DNA from: Deltaproteobacteria bacterium
GTDB lineage: Bacteria > Myxococcota_A > Polyangia > Polyangiales > Houyiibacteriaceae
DNA length: 64,000 nucleotides
NCBI GenBank assembly: GCA_034670305.1
Contig: JAXMNT010000017.1
Location: 32,001 to 96,000, forward strand
Direction of reading: 5' to 3'
This document shows positions 29,424 to 39,523 of this stretch, one piece after another. A program made the position numbers and the translations under genes. The notes beneath the pieces were generated by a model. It worked only from the letters and a program-made list of their open reading frames with translations, was not told the origin of the DNA and searched no databases. Numbering within the stretch: position 1 is the stretch's first letter; every line of letters starts with the position of its first letter.

Positions 29424-30367
29424 TGCGCTGCTCCTTCGGCGGCTGCCGGCGCAGCGGGTGCCGCCGGTGCCGCGGGTGCCGCGCCACCGACGCGGGTTCC
29501 AGCGGCTTCTTCAGGGATGCGTCGAATGGTCTCTTCGAGCAGGGTCTTGAGTTCGATGATGCCGCGGTTGCGGGTGCGCTCCGGCAAGGTGCGGAGGTAG
29601 TCCTCGAGGAAACGTCGAACCATCACACCGGCGACTTCACCGAGGCGTTCGATCATCTCCTTCTTCTTGCCGAGCGCGATGTCGTCGCGGCGCAGGAACT
29701 GGCTGTACCCCGAGAGCATGACGCCGAGCGGTTCCCGACCGAGGAACCCGTTGTAGCGTTCGATGGATGCCGCCGGTGCGATCTTGCCAATCGCGATCGC
29801 GGCTTCGACCACGTTGCGTTCAAACGCTCGGAACAGAAGGTCGAGCGACTGTCGGGCGCCGGTCTCTCCCAGCGCGAGGGCGGCCGCGCCGCGAACCGTG
29901 CGATCGCTGTCGCGGAGGCCGCGCTCGAGCAGTCCTCGAACCCGCCCGTCTTCGATCACCGCGAGCGCCTGGTAGGCCCGGCGTCGGGCGGCTACCCGGC
30001 GGTGGTTCGTGAACTCGGTGAGAACTTCGATCGAACTCGGGTGGGCCAGGCCGCGAAGCGCGACGAGCGCCCGGTTCGTCAGGTGGTCTGGAGGGCCGGA
30101 GCGCAAGAACGCGGCGAGGTGCGGCACGACCTCGGGACGGTCGATGATCACGAGCAGGTCGATCGCTTCCTGGACTTCATCCGGGTTCGCGCTCAGCAGC
30201 CGCGGTGCGACCGTGTCGAGATCGGCGATGGTCACCTGGGGCCGGCTCGGCGTGTCGTTGGCCGCACGTCTGCCACGTCGTTGGGCCTCGGCCGGTACGG
30301 ACGCGAACAACACGAACAGCGCGAGGGCGCACACGAATTTGCGGGGCATCTTGGGGATGCGAGACAT
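29420..30367 (-). CDS. Exported HEAT-repeat protein
   Basis: Signal peptide ending AEA; LRDSDRTVRGAAALALG repeats; ATGA overlap with the downstream gene. Confidence 0.85.
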   Translation of the reverse strand: MSRIPKMPRKFVCALALFVLFASVPAEAQRRGRRAANDTPSRPQVTIADLDTVAPRLLSANPDEVQEAIDLLVIIDRPEVVPHLAAFLRSGPPDHLTNRALVALRGLAHPSSIEVLTEFTNHRRVAARRRAYQALAVIEDGRVRGLLERGLRDSDRTVRGAAALALGETGARQSLDLLFRAFERNVVEAAIAIGKIAPAASIERYNGFLGREPLGVMLSGYSQFLRRDDIALGKKKEMIERLGEVAGVMVRRFLEDYLRTLPERTRNRGIIELKTLLEETIRRIPEEAAGTRVGGAAPAAPAAPAAPAAAEGAAQ

Positions 30368-30603
30368 CTCAACCTCTCTGCGGCTGCGCCAGGTGGTCCC
30401 CCCCAAACTGGCGGCCCGACGCGATTCCACGAGCCCCATAGCAGAAACCCCAGACCGTCCCAACGGACGATGTCGCGCACAACGGTCGATCGATCGCACA
30501 GGCGTACGAGGTCTGCGCAGCCCCAACCCTTGGATCGAATCGCGCACCGTGCCGAAGGATCGACTCGCGCCCACTGTGGAGATGCGCTTTAGTCCGAGCC
30601 TCG

Positions 30604-33282
30604 ATGTCTCGGATTCGAACCATGCTCCGGTCCCGTCGCAGGCTGATCGCCGCCGCCGCCCTCGTGTCGCTGGGCTTGGTTGCGCTTCGGTGGGGGGCGT
30701 ACGCATCCGCGGGCGACTCGGCGGCATCGCTGGCCATGGCGCTTCAAGACGAGGTGCTCGTCGACACCGAGAGCGTGTTGTTCTTCGGACCGGCCGGCGG
30801 TGCGATCCAGGCGCGGGCCGCACTCTTTTGCGGACAGGTCGAAGAGAACGCCCCTGCGGACCTCTACTATGTCGAAGCCCGCCTTGGTTCCGACGGCGAA
30901 GTGCTCGGCGTGCGGGGGCTCTCCAATCTGACGCGCACGAGTTCGGGCGACGAGACCACGCCGACGTTGGTTGGCGAACACCACGCGGTCTACCTCACGC
31001 GGGTCGGTGGCCAGTTCAACGCCTTCACGGTGCTCGATCTGCGCGGGGAACCAGAGACCATCACTGCCGATTGGCCGGGACGCGCGCGGCTACAGAACGC
31101 GATCACGAACCTCCACGACGCAGGCCGAACCGAAGGTTTCGGCAGGATCCGCTACGCACTGCGACCCGCGGCGGACGACGTGCAGGTCGAGCTCGAGGAC
31201 GAACTCATCGCGGTGACGGCCGACGGTGCGCGCGTCGAAGTGCGGGTCGACACCGCCACCCCGATCGCGGGTGCGGACCGGGTCGAAGTCCAGCCGCTCG
31301 AGAAGGGCATGCCCGGCACGATCACGTGGGTGGTCGACACCGTGCGCAACCTGAGTTTCGTCGGACCCGAACCGATCGCCTGGCTCGAGTCCCGCGTCTT
31401 CGCGGTGAAAGACTGGGTGCAGCGCCGCTGGTACAGCGTGGCCGGGTCCGAAACCGACACCGCCGCGGAGGTCGCCGCAGAGACCGGCGTGACCGCCGAA
31501 GAAGCACGGCGCCGTCTGGAGCTCACCACGCCGCGGCCCGAACTCGGTTGGCCGCCGCCCGCGCTCGAGCCGATCGTTCGGCGGCCGGCAGAGGGAGAGG
31601 GCGCGTGGATCCCGATCGTCGACGACCCGATGGTGCGGCAGTACCCGAACGCGCCTCCGCATTTCTACAGCACGTTTCTCCAGGTCGATCCGGAGCGTCC
31701 GTTCACCCGCGTCTACATCGTGCTGTGGGATCCTCGCGCACTCCAGCTGCGCATCATGAGCGGCACGCGCGAACCCGAGAGTGCGACCGGCGAGACCGCG
31801 CCGGGCATGGTGCCGCGGGATCCAGAAACGCTGTCGCGGGTGGTCGCTGGGTTCAACGGAGGCTTTCAATCGTTGCACGGCGAGTTCGGCATGATGTCCG
31901 GCGGGCGCGTGTACCTGCCGCCCAAACCGTGGTCGGCCACCGTCGCGGTCTACGACGACGGGCGCGTCGCGATGGGAAGCTGGCTCGACCCGCCCGAAGG
32001 TCGACGCCACTACACCGAACACTGGGCCACCGAACAGATCCCGGACGGCATGGTGGAGTTCCGCCAGAACCTGACCAGCGTCGTCGAAGGCGATCAGTGG
32101 AACCCGTGGCGTCGCTGGTACTGGGGCGCCGCACCGCAGGGGGACGAGGAGCAGGTCTTCATCGATCGCAGCGGCATGTGCCTGACGTCGGAAGGATTGA
32201 TGGCGTACTTCTGGGGCAAGTCGATGGGTGCCGAGGAACTCGGCAAAGCGATGCTCGCGACCCGATGCGTGCGCGGCCTGCATCTGGACATGAACCAGAG
32301 ACACACCGCGTTCGAACTCTACAACGCGTTCCCCCGCGAGGAAGCGCCGCCGCTCGACCGCCGGCTCCGCTCCGAGCTCGAGTTCGAGATCAACGTCCCG
32401 TACGCGCGCGGCTGGCGGGTGCGTGGGCGAAAGCTCGTGCAGAGCATGACGCCGATGACTTTCCCGCGGTACATCCGCCGAGACCCGCGCGACTTCTTCT
32501 ACCTGACGCTTCGGCCTACGTTGCCCGGCCCGGATCTCCCACTCGCCGAGGGCCCGCTGACACTTCAGACGGAAGGTCTGCCCCATGCCGGATGGCCGTA
32601 CGCGTTTGCCCGGGCGGGGCTGCCTCTCGGCGACGAAGCGCCGGCCGTGTCGCGGCGCACCTGGGTCGTGCGGATCGATCCGAGGCGCGCCACGCCCTCG
32701 CTGGACCAGGAGGGGGCGGGACGCACCCTCGCGCTCCTTCCGCGCTTGTTCCCAGGCCGGCCCACGGCGCCGGGGCCGCTCGCGCTATTTGCGCAAGGAG
32801 AACTCATCGGCCGCCGCTACGTCGTGGCGGATGAGGTTCCGGACGGTGCCGAGGTCATTCTGCGCGGCGAAGCCGTCTCGTCGTCCACGCTGGTCGCGCT
32901 GGGTGTCGATGCCGACGGGTTCTTGGTCTACGTCGAGCGCCCCGCCGATGGGGTGGGTCCGACGATCTTGGAAGCGCTCGCGCTCGCCGGGGTCGAGCAG
33001 GCCATCGCGCTTCCGGACGAAGGACGGCTCGCGTTCGCCCTCGAGGCTGGCTACGCGGGTCCAGATGCCTACGAGCGAGAGGTCGATTCCGGGGCGCCGC
33101 TCCGCTTCGTCGCCAATGAATCGCCCGCGTCCGAGGTCTTGTTTCCAGACGTGGCACCTCGTCCCTACATGTACTGGGGTCCAATGCAGGACACCCGAGT
33201 GCGGTACTTGCGCGATGGCGGTCCCGGCCGTTTTCAACCGCCGGAGACAGCCGAGGAAGAAGACGAGGAAGACGCGGAGTGA
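30604..33282 (+). CDS. Large exported protein with phosphodiester-glycosidase (NAGPA/DUF2233)-like domain
   Basis: N-terminal TM; VAGFNGGF...FRQN...RSGMCL..G.MAY...ELGKAM....GLHLDMN; second degenerate ALGVDADGFLVY module. Confidence 0.7.
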   Translation: MSRIRTMLRSRRRLIAAAALVSLGLVALRWGAYASAGDSAASLAMALQDEVLVDTESVLFFGPAGGAIQARAALFCGQVEENAPADLYYVEARLGSDGEVLGVRGLSNLTRTSSGDETTPTLVGEHHAVYLTRVGGQFNAFTVLDLRGEPETITADWPGRARLQNAITNLHDAGRTEGFGRIRYALRPAADDVQVELEDELIAVTADGARVEVRVDTATPIAGADRVEVQPLEKGMPGTITWVVDTVRNLSFVGPEPIAWLESRVFAVKDWVQRRWYSVAGSETDTAAEVAAETGVTAEEARRRLELTTPRPELGWPPPALEPIVRRPAEGEGAWIPIVDDPMVRQYPNAPPHFYSTFLQVDPERPFTRVYIVLWDPRALQLRIMSGTREPESATGETAPGMVPRDPETLSRVVAGFNGGFQSLHGEFGMMSGGRVYLPPKPWSATVAVYDDGRVAMGSWLDPPEGRRHYTEHWATEQIPDGMVEFRQNLTSVVEGDQWNPWRRWYWGAAPQGDEEQVFIDRSGMCLTSEGLMAYFWGKSMGAEELGKAMLATRCVRGLHLDMNQRHTAFELYNAFPREEAPPLDRRLRSELEFEINVPYARGWRVRGRKLVQSMTPMTFPRYIRRDPRDFFYLTLRPTLPGPDLPLAEGPLTLQTEGLPHAGWPYAFARAGLPLGDEAPAVSRRTWVVRIDPRRATPSLDQEGAGRTLALLPRLFPGRPTAPGPLALFAQGELIGRRYVVADEVPDGAEVILRGEAVSSSTLVALGVDADGFLVYVERPADGVGPTILEALALAGVEQAIALPDEGRLAFALEAGYAGPDAYEREVDSGAPLRFVANESPASEVLFPDVAPRPYMYWGPMQDTRVRYLRDGGPGRFQPPETAEEEDEEDAE

Positions 33283-33408
33283 CTGCGAGCAATTCGCGTT
33301 CTGTCCCACCGTCGGTCAAACTTCTCTCAGGCCTTGCCCACCCATGATGCGTGAACAAACTCACGGAAACGATGGCGATTCCGTCCCCCGATCCCCACCG
33401 GTGCACCC

Positions 33409-33438
33409 TTGACCGCACTTGTGCACGCTGGGTACAGT
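33409..33438 (+). promoter_or_regulatory. Candidate sigma-70 promoter of the PEGA kinase
   Basis: TTGACC-18 bp-TACAGT, 38 bp upstream of the GTG. Confidence 0.4.
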
Positions 33439-33476
33439 GCCGCCGCGAATCCGCTTTCGGGCGGGCGTGAGGCCTT

Positions 33477-36122
33477 GTGAAGAAGCCCATCCCATTCGGC
33501 AAATACTTGCTGCTCGAACGCGTGAACGTCGGCGGCATGGCGGAGGTCTTCAAAGCGAAGGCATTCGGGGTGGAGGGCTTCGAGCGCCTGGTCGCTGTTA
33601 AGCGGATTCTCCCGTCGATTGCGGAGGATCAAGAGTTCATCGAGATGTTCGTCGACGAAGCGAAAATCGCCGTCGAGCTCACGCACGCGAACATCGCGCA
33701 CATCTTCGACCTCGGAAAAGTCGCCGACAGCTACTACATCGCGATGGAGTTCGTGCGTGGCAAAGACACCCGCGCGATCTTCGACCGGGTGCGCAAACGG
33801 GGCGAGACGATCCCCGTTCCGATGGCTTGCTACACCATCATGAAGGTCTGCGAGGGCCTCGACTACGCGCACAACAAGAAGGGCAGCAGTGGCCGGCACC
33901 TGAACCTCGTGCACCGCGATGTCTCCCCGCAGAACCTGCTCATCTCGTACGACGGCGAGATCAAGCTCATCGACTTCGGAATCGCCAAGGCGGCGAACAA
34001 AGCGAGCAAGACGCAGGCGGGCATCCTCAAAGGCAAGTTCGGCTACATGTCGCCGGAGCAGGTGCGCGGTCTGCCGCTCGATCGCCGCAGCGACGTGTTC
34101 GCAGTGGGCATCTGCCTCTACGAGCTGTTGACCGGCGAGCGTCTCTTCGTTGGGGAGAGCGACTTCTCCACTTTGGAGAAGGTACGCAACGTCGAGATCA
34201 TGCCCCCGAGCACCTACAACCGGAAGATCCCGGAAGAGCTCGAGCAGATCGTTCTGAAGGCGCTCGCGAAGGACGTCGACGACCGGTACCAGACCGCGAT
34301 GGACCTGCACGACGACCTGCAGTCCTTCATGTACACGAGCGGCAACTTCTTCGCCCGCAAGGACCTTGCGGCGTACATGCGCAAGGCCTTCCAGGACGAG
34401 ATCACCCGCGAAGAAGCGCGCGACGAGCAGTACGCGAAGATCAAAGCGCGGGACCCCGTCTCAGGACTCGACGCGTTCAGCGACATTCCCTCGCGGCGCG
34501 AGGCCAAGGGCGCCGCACCACCGCCGCCCCCACCGGCGGGCAACGTCTCGAAAGCGCCGCCGCCTCCCCCGAAGCCGCGACCGAAGGCGACCCTCATGGG
34601 CATCGGTCAGCAAGGCCTCGGCAGTCTTCCGCCCGTGCCGCCTCCCCGCGCGAGCCTCGGCCCTTCGGTCCCCCCGCCGCCTCCGCGCGTGAGCGCACCC
34701 GCCGCGACCCCGCCGCCTGGCCCCGAACTCGACATGGACTGGGACGACGACGAACTCGCCACCCAGATCTACGACAGCCCACCGATCACGGCCGCGGAGC
34801 CCGCGGTTCACGCACCGCTGAGTGCAGTGGCGACCCAGGTGCCCACGCCCGCGCCGGTCGGCGCGCCGAGTCCCTTCGACCCCCAACCCGCGCAGCCGGA
34901 TCCATTCGGGCCGGGCCCTGCCGCGCCCCTTGGGGTGCCGAGCGGTGCGCCGAGTCCCTTCGACGACCTCGGCGGTCCCAAAGCGCCCGTCGTGCCGGAG
35001 CCGACCTCGGTCACGTCACGCCCTTCGCGGGAAGGTGGCTCGAACATCGGGCTGCTCGTGACCATCGGGGTCGTGTTGTTGCTGGCACTCGGCGGAGGCG
35101 CCTGGCTTCTGCTTCGTCCAGCGGACCCCGGCACGATTCAGTTCACCACGAGCCCAACCGATCCCGTCGTCATCTTCGACGAACAACCGGTGCAGGCCAC
35201 CTCGAGCCCGTTCGTCATTCCGAACGTCTCGCCCGGCGAGATTCACCTCATCGAGGTCCGCAAGACCGGCTTCCGCACCTGGTCGACCCAGGTCACCTTG
35301 CAGCCGGGGCAGGCGCTCCAACTCGCGCGGGTCGAGCTCGTACCCGAAGAGGGCACGCCCGCCGTCGGCACCGGCGGCTTCGTCGTGAGCAGCGTTCCCC
35401 CAGGGGCACGGGTCACCGTCGACGGCCAGCCGCGCGGCACCACACCGGTCACCGTCGATGGTCTGCCGCCCGGTCCGCATCAGCTCCGGGTCGAAGCGGA
35501 TGGACGCGCGGCCAACGAGCAGACCGTGCAGGTCGTCGCGGGCGCCGCGACACCGCTTCCGCCGATCGCCCTTGGTGCGAGCAACGTGACGGTGCGCTTC
35601 ACCTCCGATCCTTCGGGTGCGCGTGTGAGCCTCGTGCGGGGTTCAGAAGTGCGCCGGGTGGGGACCACCCCGACCGTGTTCGATGTCGACCAGTCGGGCG
35701 GCGCCTGGACCGTCGAGATGACGCGCAATGGGTACGACACCTGGGAAGAGCCGCTGAGCATTCCTGCGGGCCAGGCCGTGCACAGCGTCGAAGCCGAACT
35801 CGAGCGCACCGAAGTCGCCAGCAACGGCGGTGGCGGGACCCGCGTGATGCGCATGGTCGTGCGCATGGACCCCGTGATGATGGAAGAGGCCATGGGCGGC
35901 GGCGGCGGCTTCGGCACGCTGCGCCTCAACTCGCGTCCCTGGTCGGAAGTCAGCATCGATGGCCGGAGCGTGGGCAACACGCCGCAGATGAACCTCCGCC
36001 TCAGCGCCGGTTCGCACCGCGTGACGCTCGTGAACCCGGAGTTCAACATCCGGCACAACATCACCGTGAACATCACGGCGAACGAGACGACCACCCGCAT
36101 CGTCACGCTCCCGACCAACTAG
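33477..36122 (+). CDS. Membrane Ser/Thr protein kinase with extracytoplasmic PEGA domains
   Basis: GGMAEVF, HRDVSPQN, DFGIAK, YMSPEQ; Pro-rich linker; TM; SSVPPGARVTVDG..GTTP PEGA repeats. Confidence 0.96.
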   Translation: MKKPIPFGKYLLLERVNVGGMAEVFKAKAFGVEGFERLVAVKRILPSIAEDQEFIEMFVDEAKIAVELTHANIAHIFDLGKVADSYYIAMEFVRGKDTRAIFDRVRKRGETIPVPMACYTIMKVCEGLDYAHNKKGSSGRHLNLVHRDVSPQNLLISYDGEIKLIDFGIAKAANKASKTQAGILKGKFGYMSPEQVRGLPLDRRSDVFAVGICLYELLTGERLFVGESDFSTLEKVRNVEIMPPSTYNRKIPEELEQIVLKALAKDVDDRYQTAMDLHDDLQSFMYTSGNFFARKDLAAYMRKAFQDEITREEARDEQYAKIKARDPVSGLDAFSDIPSRREAKGAAPPPPPPAGNVSKAPPPPPKPRPKATLMGIGQQGLGSLPPVPPPRASLGPSVPPPPPRVSAPAATPPPGPELDMDWDDDELATQIYDSPPITAAEPAVHAPLSAVATQVPTPAPVGAPSPFDPQPAQPDPFGPGPAAPLGVPSGAPSPFDDLGGPKAPVVPEPTSVTSRPSREGGSNIGLLVTIGVVLLLALGGGAWLLLRPADPGTIQFTTSPTDPVVIFDEQPVQATSSPFVIPNVSPGEIHLIEVRKTGFRTWSTQVTLQPGQALQLARVELVPEEGTPAVGTGGFVVSSVPPGARVTVDGQPRGTTPVTVDGLPPGPHQLRVEADGRAANEQTVQVVAGAATPLPPIALGASNVTVRFTSDPSGARVSLVRGSEVRRVGTTPTVFDVDQSGGAWTVEMTRNGYDTWEEPLSIPAGQAVHSVEAELERTEVASNGGGGTRVMRMVVRMDPVMMEEAMGGGGGFGTLRLNSRPWSEVSIDGRSVGNTPQMNLRLSAGSHRVTLVNPEFNIRHNITVNITANETTTRIVTLPTN

Positions 36123-36170
36123 CCCGCCAACGCCTTGCGGAGTCCGGGCTTGGCTCACACGTTACCGCCC

Positions 36171-36698
36171 GTGCACGGCCGAAGAATCCACGAGCGCGGC
36201 GTGACGCTGGTCGAAGCGGCGATCGTGATCTCTCTGGTCGGGATCCTCCTCGCGGTGTTCTTGCCCACCTTCGTGCGCAATCTGCGCGCGAGCAAGATCG
36301 GGGAAGCGCCGGCCCACCTGCAGAGCCTGGTGGAGGGGTTCGCGCGCTACTACCCCGAGAACGAGTGCGTGCCTGCGGCGGCGGCCACCCCCGACGCGCC
36401 GTCGGACGAACCGAACCCGATCGTCTTCCAGGATCCCGAGACACCAGGATTCGAGACCTGGGCCGCGCTGGGCTTCGAACCGGACCGGCCGGTTCGCTAC
36501 CGCTACGAGGTCATTCCGCACATCGAAGGCTGCGGGGTGCGGGTGCCGCCCGGCCAGGTGCTCATCACGTTTCGCGCGGTGGGCGACCTGGACGCGGATG
36601 GCCATCAATCGGCGTTCGAGCGTGAGCTGACCCTGGACGAAGCGACCGGTCGGGTGATCGACCGAGGCCTGCTCTACGTGCGCGACCGCGTCGAATAG
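36171..36698 (+). CDS. Type IV pilin-like protein (minor pilin)
   Basis: RG/VTLVE prepilin site with hydrophobic helix; SKIGEA; GDLDADG motif. Confidence 0.85.
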   Translation: MHGRRIHERGVTLVEAAIVISLVGILLAVFLPTFVRNLRASKIGEAPAHLQSLVEGFARYYPENECVPAAAATPDAPSDEPNPIVFQDPETPGFETWAALGFEPDRPVRYRYEVIPHIEGCGVRVPPGQVLITFRAVGDLDADGHQSAFERELTLDEATGRVIDRGLLYVRDRVE

Positions 36699-36753
36699 AT
36701 CCGCGGGCACGGCTCGAGTTGTAGACGTTCGAGTCGCGATCCCTCGAGCCGCG

Positions 36754-37623
36754 TCAGTCGAGCCAGCGCGCCTTGCGCGTGGCTTGCACATCGACCGGCG
36801 GTCGTTCGCCCAGGTGCACGTAGAACTCCTGCGGCACCCACGGGAAGTCGCGCTGCCAATGTTCCACGAACGTACGCTGGGCCCGCTCGATGCGCTGCGA
36901 CTCGGACCGGCTGCGAAGCTCTGCGATCTCCTCCGCGATGCGCAGCCGGGCGTCTTCGTCGTCGACGACCGCGTACATCTCTTCCAAGTGGCGCGCCGCT
37001 TGTTCGAGATGCCCGAGCCGGCGCAGTTCGCTGGCGGCATTGAGGACGAGCCAATCCGGCCCCGCGCCGAGCCGGTTCGCGGTCACCAGATGGTCGGTTG
37101 CGCGTTGTCGGAGCGCTTCGCGTTCGGTCTCGTCTTCGACCCGCGGCAGAATCTCGTACAGCAGCGTCGCGCCGAGTTCGTAGGCCATCTCTCCGTCGTC
37201 GGGGAAGCGGCGGACGCCTTCTTCGAGGATGTCGACCGCCGGCCACATCTGTTCCAGCTCGATCTCTTGCGGGCGGTAGAGCCCGACGACCGCCACCCAG
37301 GGGTAGACGTCGCGGAACTCGGGGTCGAGGTGGAGGATCGCGCGGGCGTACGGATAGATGTTCTCGACATCGCCGCGGTCCTTGAACTCGTTGCCGATGT
37401 AGACGAGCGCCTTCATCCAGACGAGGTCCGCGGCGGCTTCTCGGTGTCCGAGCGAGAACACCGCCAGCCACTCCGGCGGCGGCAGGTAGTAGACGTCTTC
37501 GTAGCTCTGCGCGTCGACGAAACGCGTCATGGCTCCATCGCGCAACACCGCGCCGGCGGCGAGGAGCGCGCACACGGTGAGGAGCTGGAGGGAGCGAATC
37601 AGCACGAGGCGCGAGCATAGCAA
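36754..37623 (-). CDS. PilG-like (myxobacterial pil cluster) TPR-type membrane-anchored protein
   Basis: SLGHREAAADLVWMKALVYIG and LDPEF..VY motifs; downstream of pilA, as pilG is in Myxococcus. Confidence 0.65.
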   Translation of the reverse strand: MLCSRLVLIRSLQLLTVCALLAAGAVLRDGAMTRFVDAQSYEDVYYLPPPEWLAVFSLGHREAAADLVWMKALVYIGNEFKDRGDVENIYPYARAILHLDPEFRDVYPWVAVVGLYRPQEIELEQMWPAVDILEEGVRRFPDDGEMAYELGATLLYEILPRVEDETEREALRQRATDHLVTANRLGAGPDWLVLNAASELRRLGHLEQAARHLEEMYAVVDDEDARLRIAEEIAELRSRSESQRIERAQRTFVEHWQRDFPWVPQEFYVHLGERPPVDVQATRKARWLD

Positions 37624-37659
37624 ACGGGCGGCGCCAAATCCGAAGCGCCGAAGCCGCCC

Positions 37660-39381
37660 TCAATCGTTCTGGAGGACGGCTTCGAGTTCGGGGCGGGTGT
37701 TGAGGAGGCGGCGGAGGGCGGCGCGGTTTTCGGCGCGGTCGGGGGCGGTGCGGAGGAGGGTGCGGAGGCCGGCGGCGCAGTCGGGGCGGCCGGGCCAGAC
37801 CTCGAGGCAGCGGACGAGGTGGCCGACGGCGAGGCCGGGGGAGCGTGTCTGCATCGCGCCGACGGCGGTCATGTGGAAGACCGCTTCTTCTGGGCCGCCG
37901 GCGAATCGTTCGATGCCTTCGGTGGCGGTGGCGGTGGCGCCGGCGCGGTCGCCGCTCTCGAGCAGCGCGATGCCGGCCTTCGCCAGATAGCGGTGCGTCG
38001 ATGGGTCGAGCTCGGACGCTTCGAGCAGGAGCGGCGCGGCCCGCGTGGGCTCGCCGTGGTTGAGCAAGCTCATGCCCCAGAACCCGCGCGCCATCGCGCT
38101 GTCCGGGTCGATCTCGACCGCCGCGCCATAAAGCGTGTCGGTGCTCTGGAAGTCGCGGGTGAACGAGAAGGCGAGCACCCCGAGCAGCCCCACGTGCACG
38201 CACGCGAGCGCGGCGAGCAGGCGCCGGCTGGACGACGGCCGGGCGAGCACGCAGCGGGCGAGATCGGCGACCACCCACGCGAAGCCTGCCGCGGGCAGGT
38301 AGAGGTACCGCCCGAAGCCGGGCCACAAGACCGTGGTGATCACCGCCACCGGCACGAGCGGCAGCGCGATGAAGAAGAGGCCGAAGAGGGTGGTGGGTGC
38401 TTGGCGTCGGAACCGCCACGCGAGACCGAGCAGTGCCAAGAGCAACACGCCCGCCACGAGCGCGTGCGGCAGAGCGATGTCGAGGTAGTCGTCGCGCATG
38501 CTGCGCAAGTGCGGCGCGGTGGGTGCGAGCAGCTCTCGCGCGGCGTCGAGGAGCAGCACCGGACCGCGGACCGCGGCGTCGGCGACCATCGATCCATCCC
38601 GGTGGGTCTGGACGCCGCCGAGCACCGAGGTCCGAACGACGAGGTAGACCACCGCTGCGGGAAGCAACGCCACGGCGCGTCGCCACACGAGCGCGCGTTG
38701 CGGCCAGACCGTCGTGCCGTCCTTCTCGGAGGGCAGAAGCGGCAAGGCGACGAGCGGAAGGAGCGCGGTCTCCTTGGAGAGAAGCGAGAGCATCGCGACC
38801 GCGAACGCGAGTGCGCGCCAACGGAGACGCCGCCATTGGTGATCGACCCGTTCCGCCCGCAGCATCGCGAGCGCGGCGGCCAGCAAGCACAGCAGGGCGG
38901 CTGGATCGCTGCGCCCGTTGATCCACACGTGGGCTTCGACGCTCCAGGGGTGCACCGCGAAGACCGCCGCCCCGTAGAGGACAGGCAACCGGTGGCGCGC
39001 ACCGAGCAGACGCAGACCCAGGACGAACACCAACCACGTGCATCCGAGATGCAGCAGCAGGTTCGTGAGGTGGTAGCTCCAGGGCGCGTGTCCCGAGACC
39101 CAGGCGTCCCACATGAACAAAGTGATGGGCACCGGACGGTAGGTGTCGACGGACGCCACCACCCCATCGTCGGCACTGGACGCGAACATCGTTCGAGAGG
39201 TCCACACGGCGCCGAGTTGCGACGGGTCGTGAATGACCGTGCCGTCCTCGATCACATGTTCGTCGTCGTAGACGAAGCCGTTGTCGAAGCGGGCCCCGGT
39301 GGTGGCCACCACCAAGAGCGCCAACGCGGCGAAGGGCCACCACCGCCGGCCCGCGTGCGATGCAGAGGACTCCGCACTCAC
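37660..39381 (-). CDS. TMTC-like GT-C protein O-glycosyltransferase with C-terminal TPRs
   Basis: FVYDD, YRP, YHLTNLLLH, FAVHP..VEA..WINGRSD, LSKETA, RYLYLP; many TM helices; TPR tail. Confidence 0.85.
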   Translation of the reverse strand: MSAESSASHAGRRWWPFAALALLVVATTGARFDNGFVYDDEHVIEDGTVIHDPSQLGAVWTSRTMFASSADDGVVASVDTYRPVPITLFMWDAWVSGHAPWSYHLTNLLLHLGCTWLVFVLGLRLLGARHRLPVLYGAAVFAVHPWSVEAHVWINGRSDPAALLCLLAAALAMLRAERVDHQWRRLRWRALAFAVAMLSLLSKETALLPLVALPLLPSEKDGTTVWPQRALVWRRAVALLPAAVVYLVVRTSVLGGVQTHRDGSMVADAAVRGPVLLLDAARELLAPTAPHLRSMRDDYLDIALPHALVAGVLLLALLGLAWRFRRQAPTTLFGLFFIALPLVPVAVITTVLWPGFGRYLYLPAAGFAWVVADLARCVLARPSSSRRLLAALACVHVGLLGVLAFSFTRDFQSTDTLYGAAVEIDPDSAMARGFWGMSLLNHGEPTRAAPLLLEASELDPSTHRYLAKAGIALLESGDRAGATATATEGIERFAGGPEEAVFHMTAVGAMQTRSPGLAVGHLVRCLEVWPGRPDCAAGLRTLLRTAPDRAENRAALRRLLNTRPELEAVLQND

Positions 39382-39469
39382 GGGCGAACGACTCCATCAA
39401 TCATCGGTCGCACCATCGCACACTCGAACGGCATCGCTGACGTCTCCCTTGTTCCATTGGACGGAAACG

Positions 39470-39501
39470 AAAAAAGGCAGCGCGACCGAGGTCGCGCTGC
39501 C
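39470..39501 (-). terminator. Intrinsic terminator of pilA
   Basis: Minus strand GGCAGCGCGACC-TC-GGTCGCGCTGCC-TTTTTT. Confidence 0.9.
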
Positions 39502-39523
39502 ATGGATTCGGAAGGGTCTCGGA

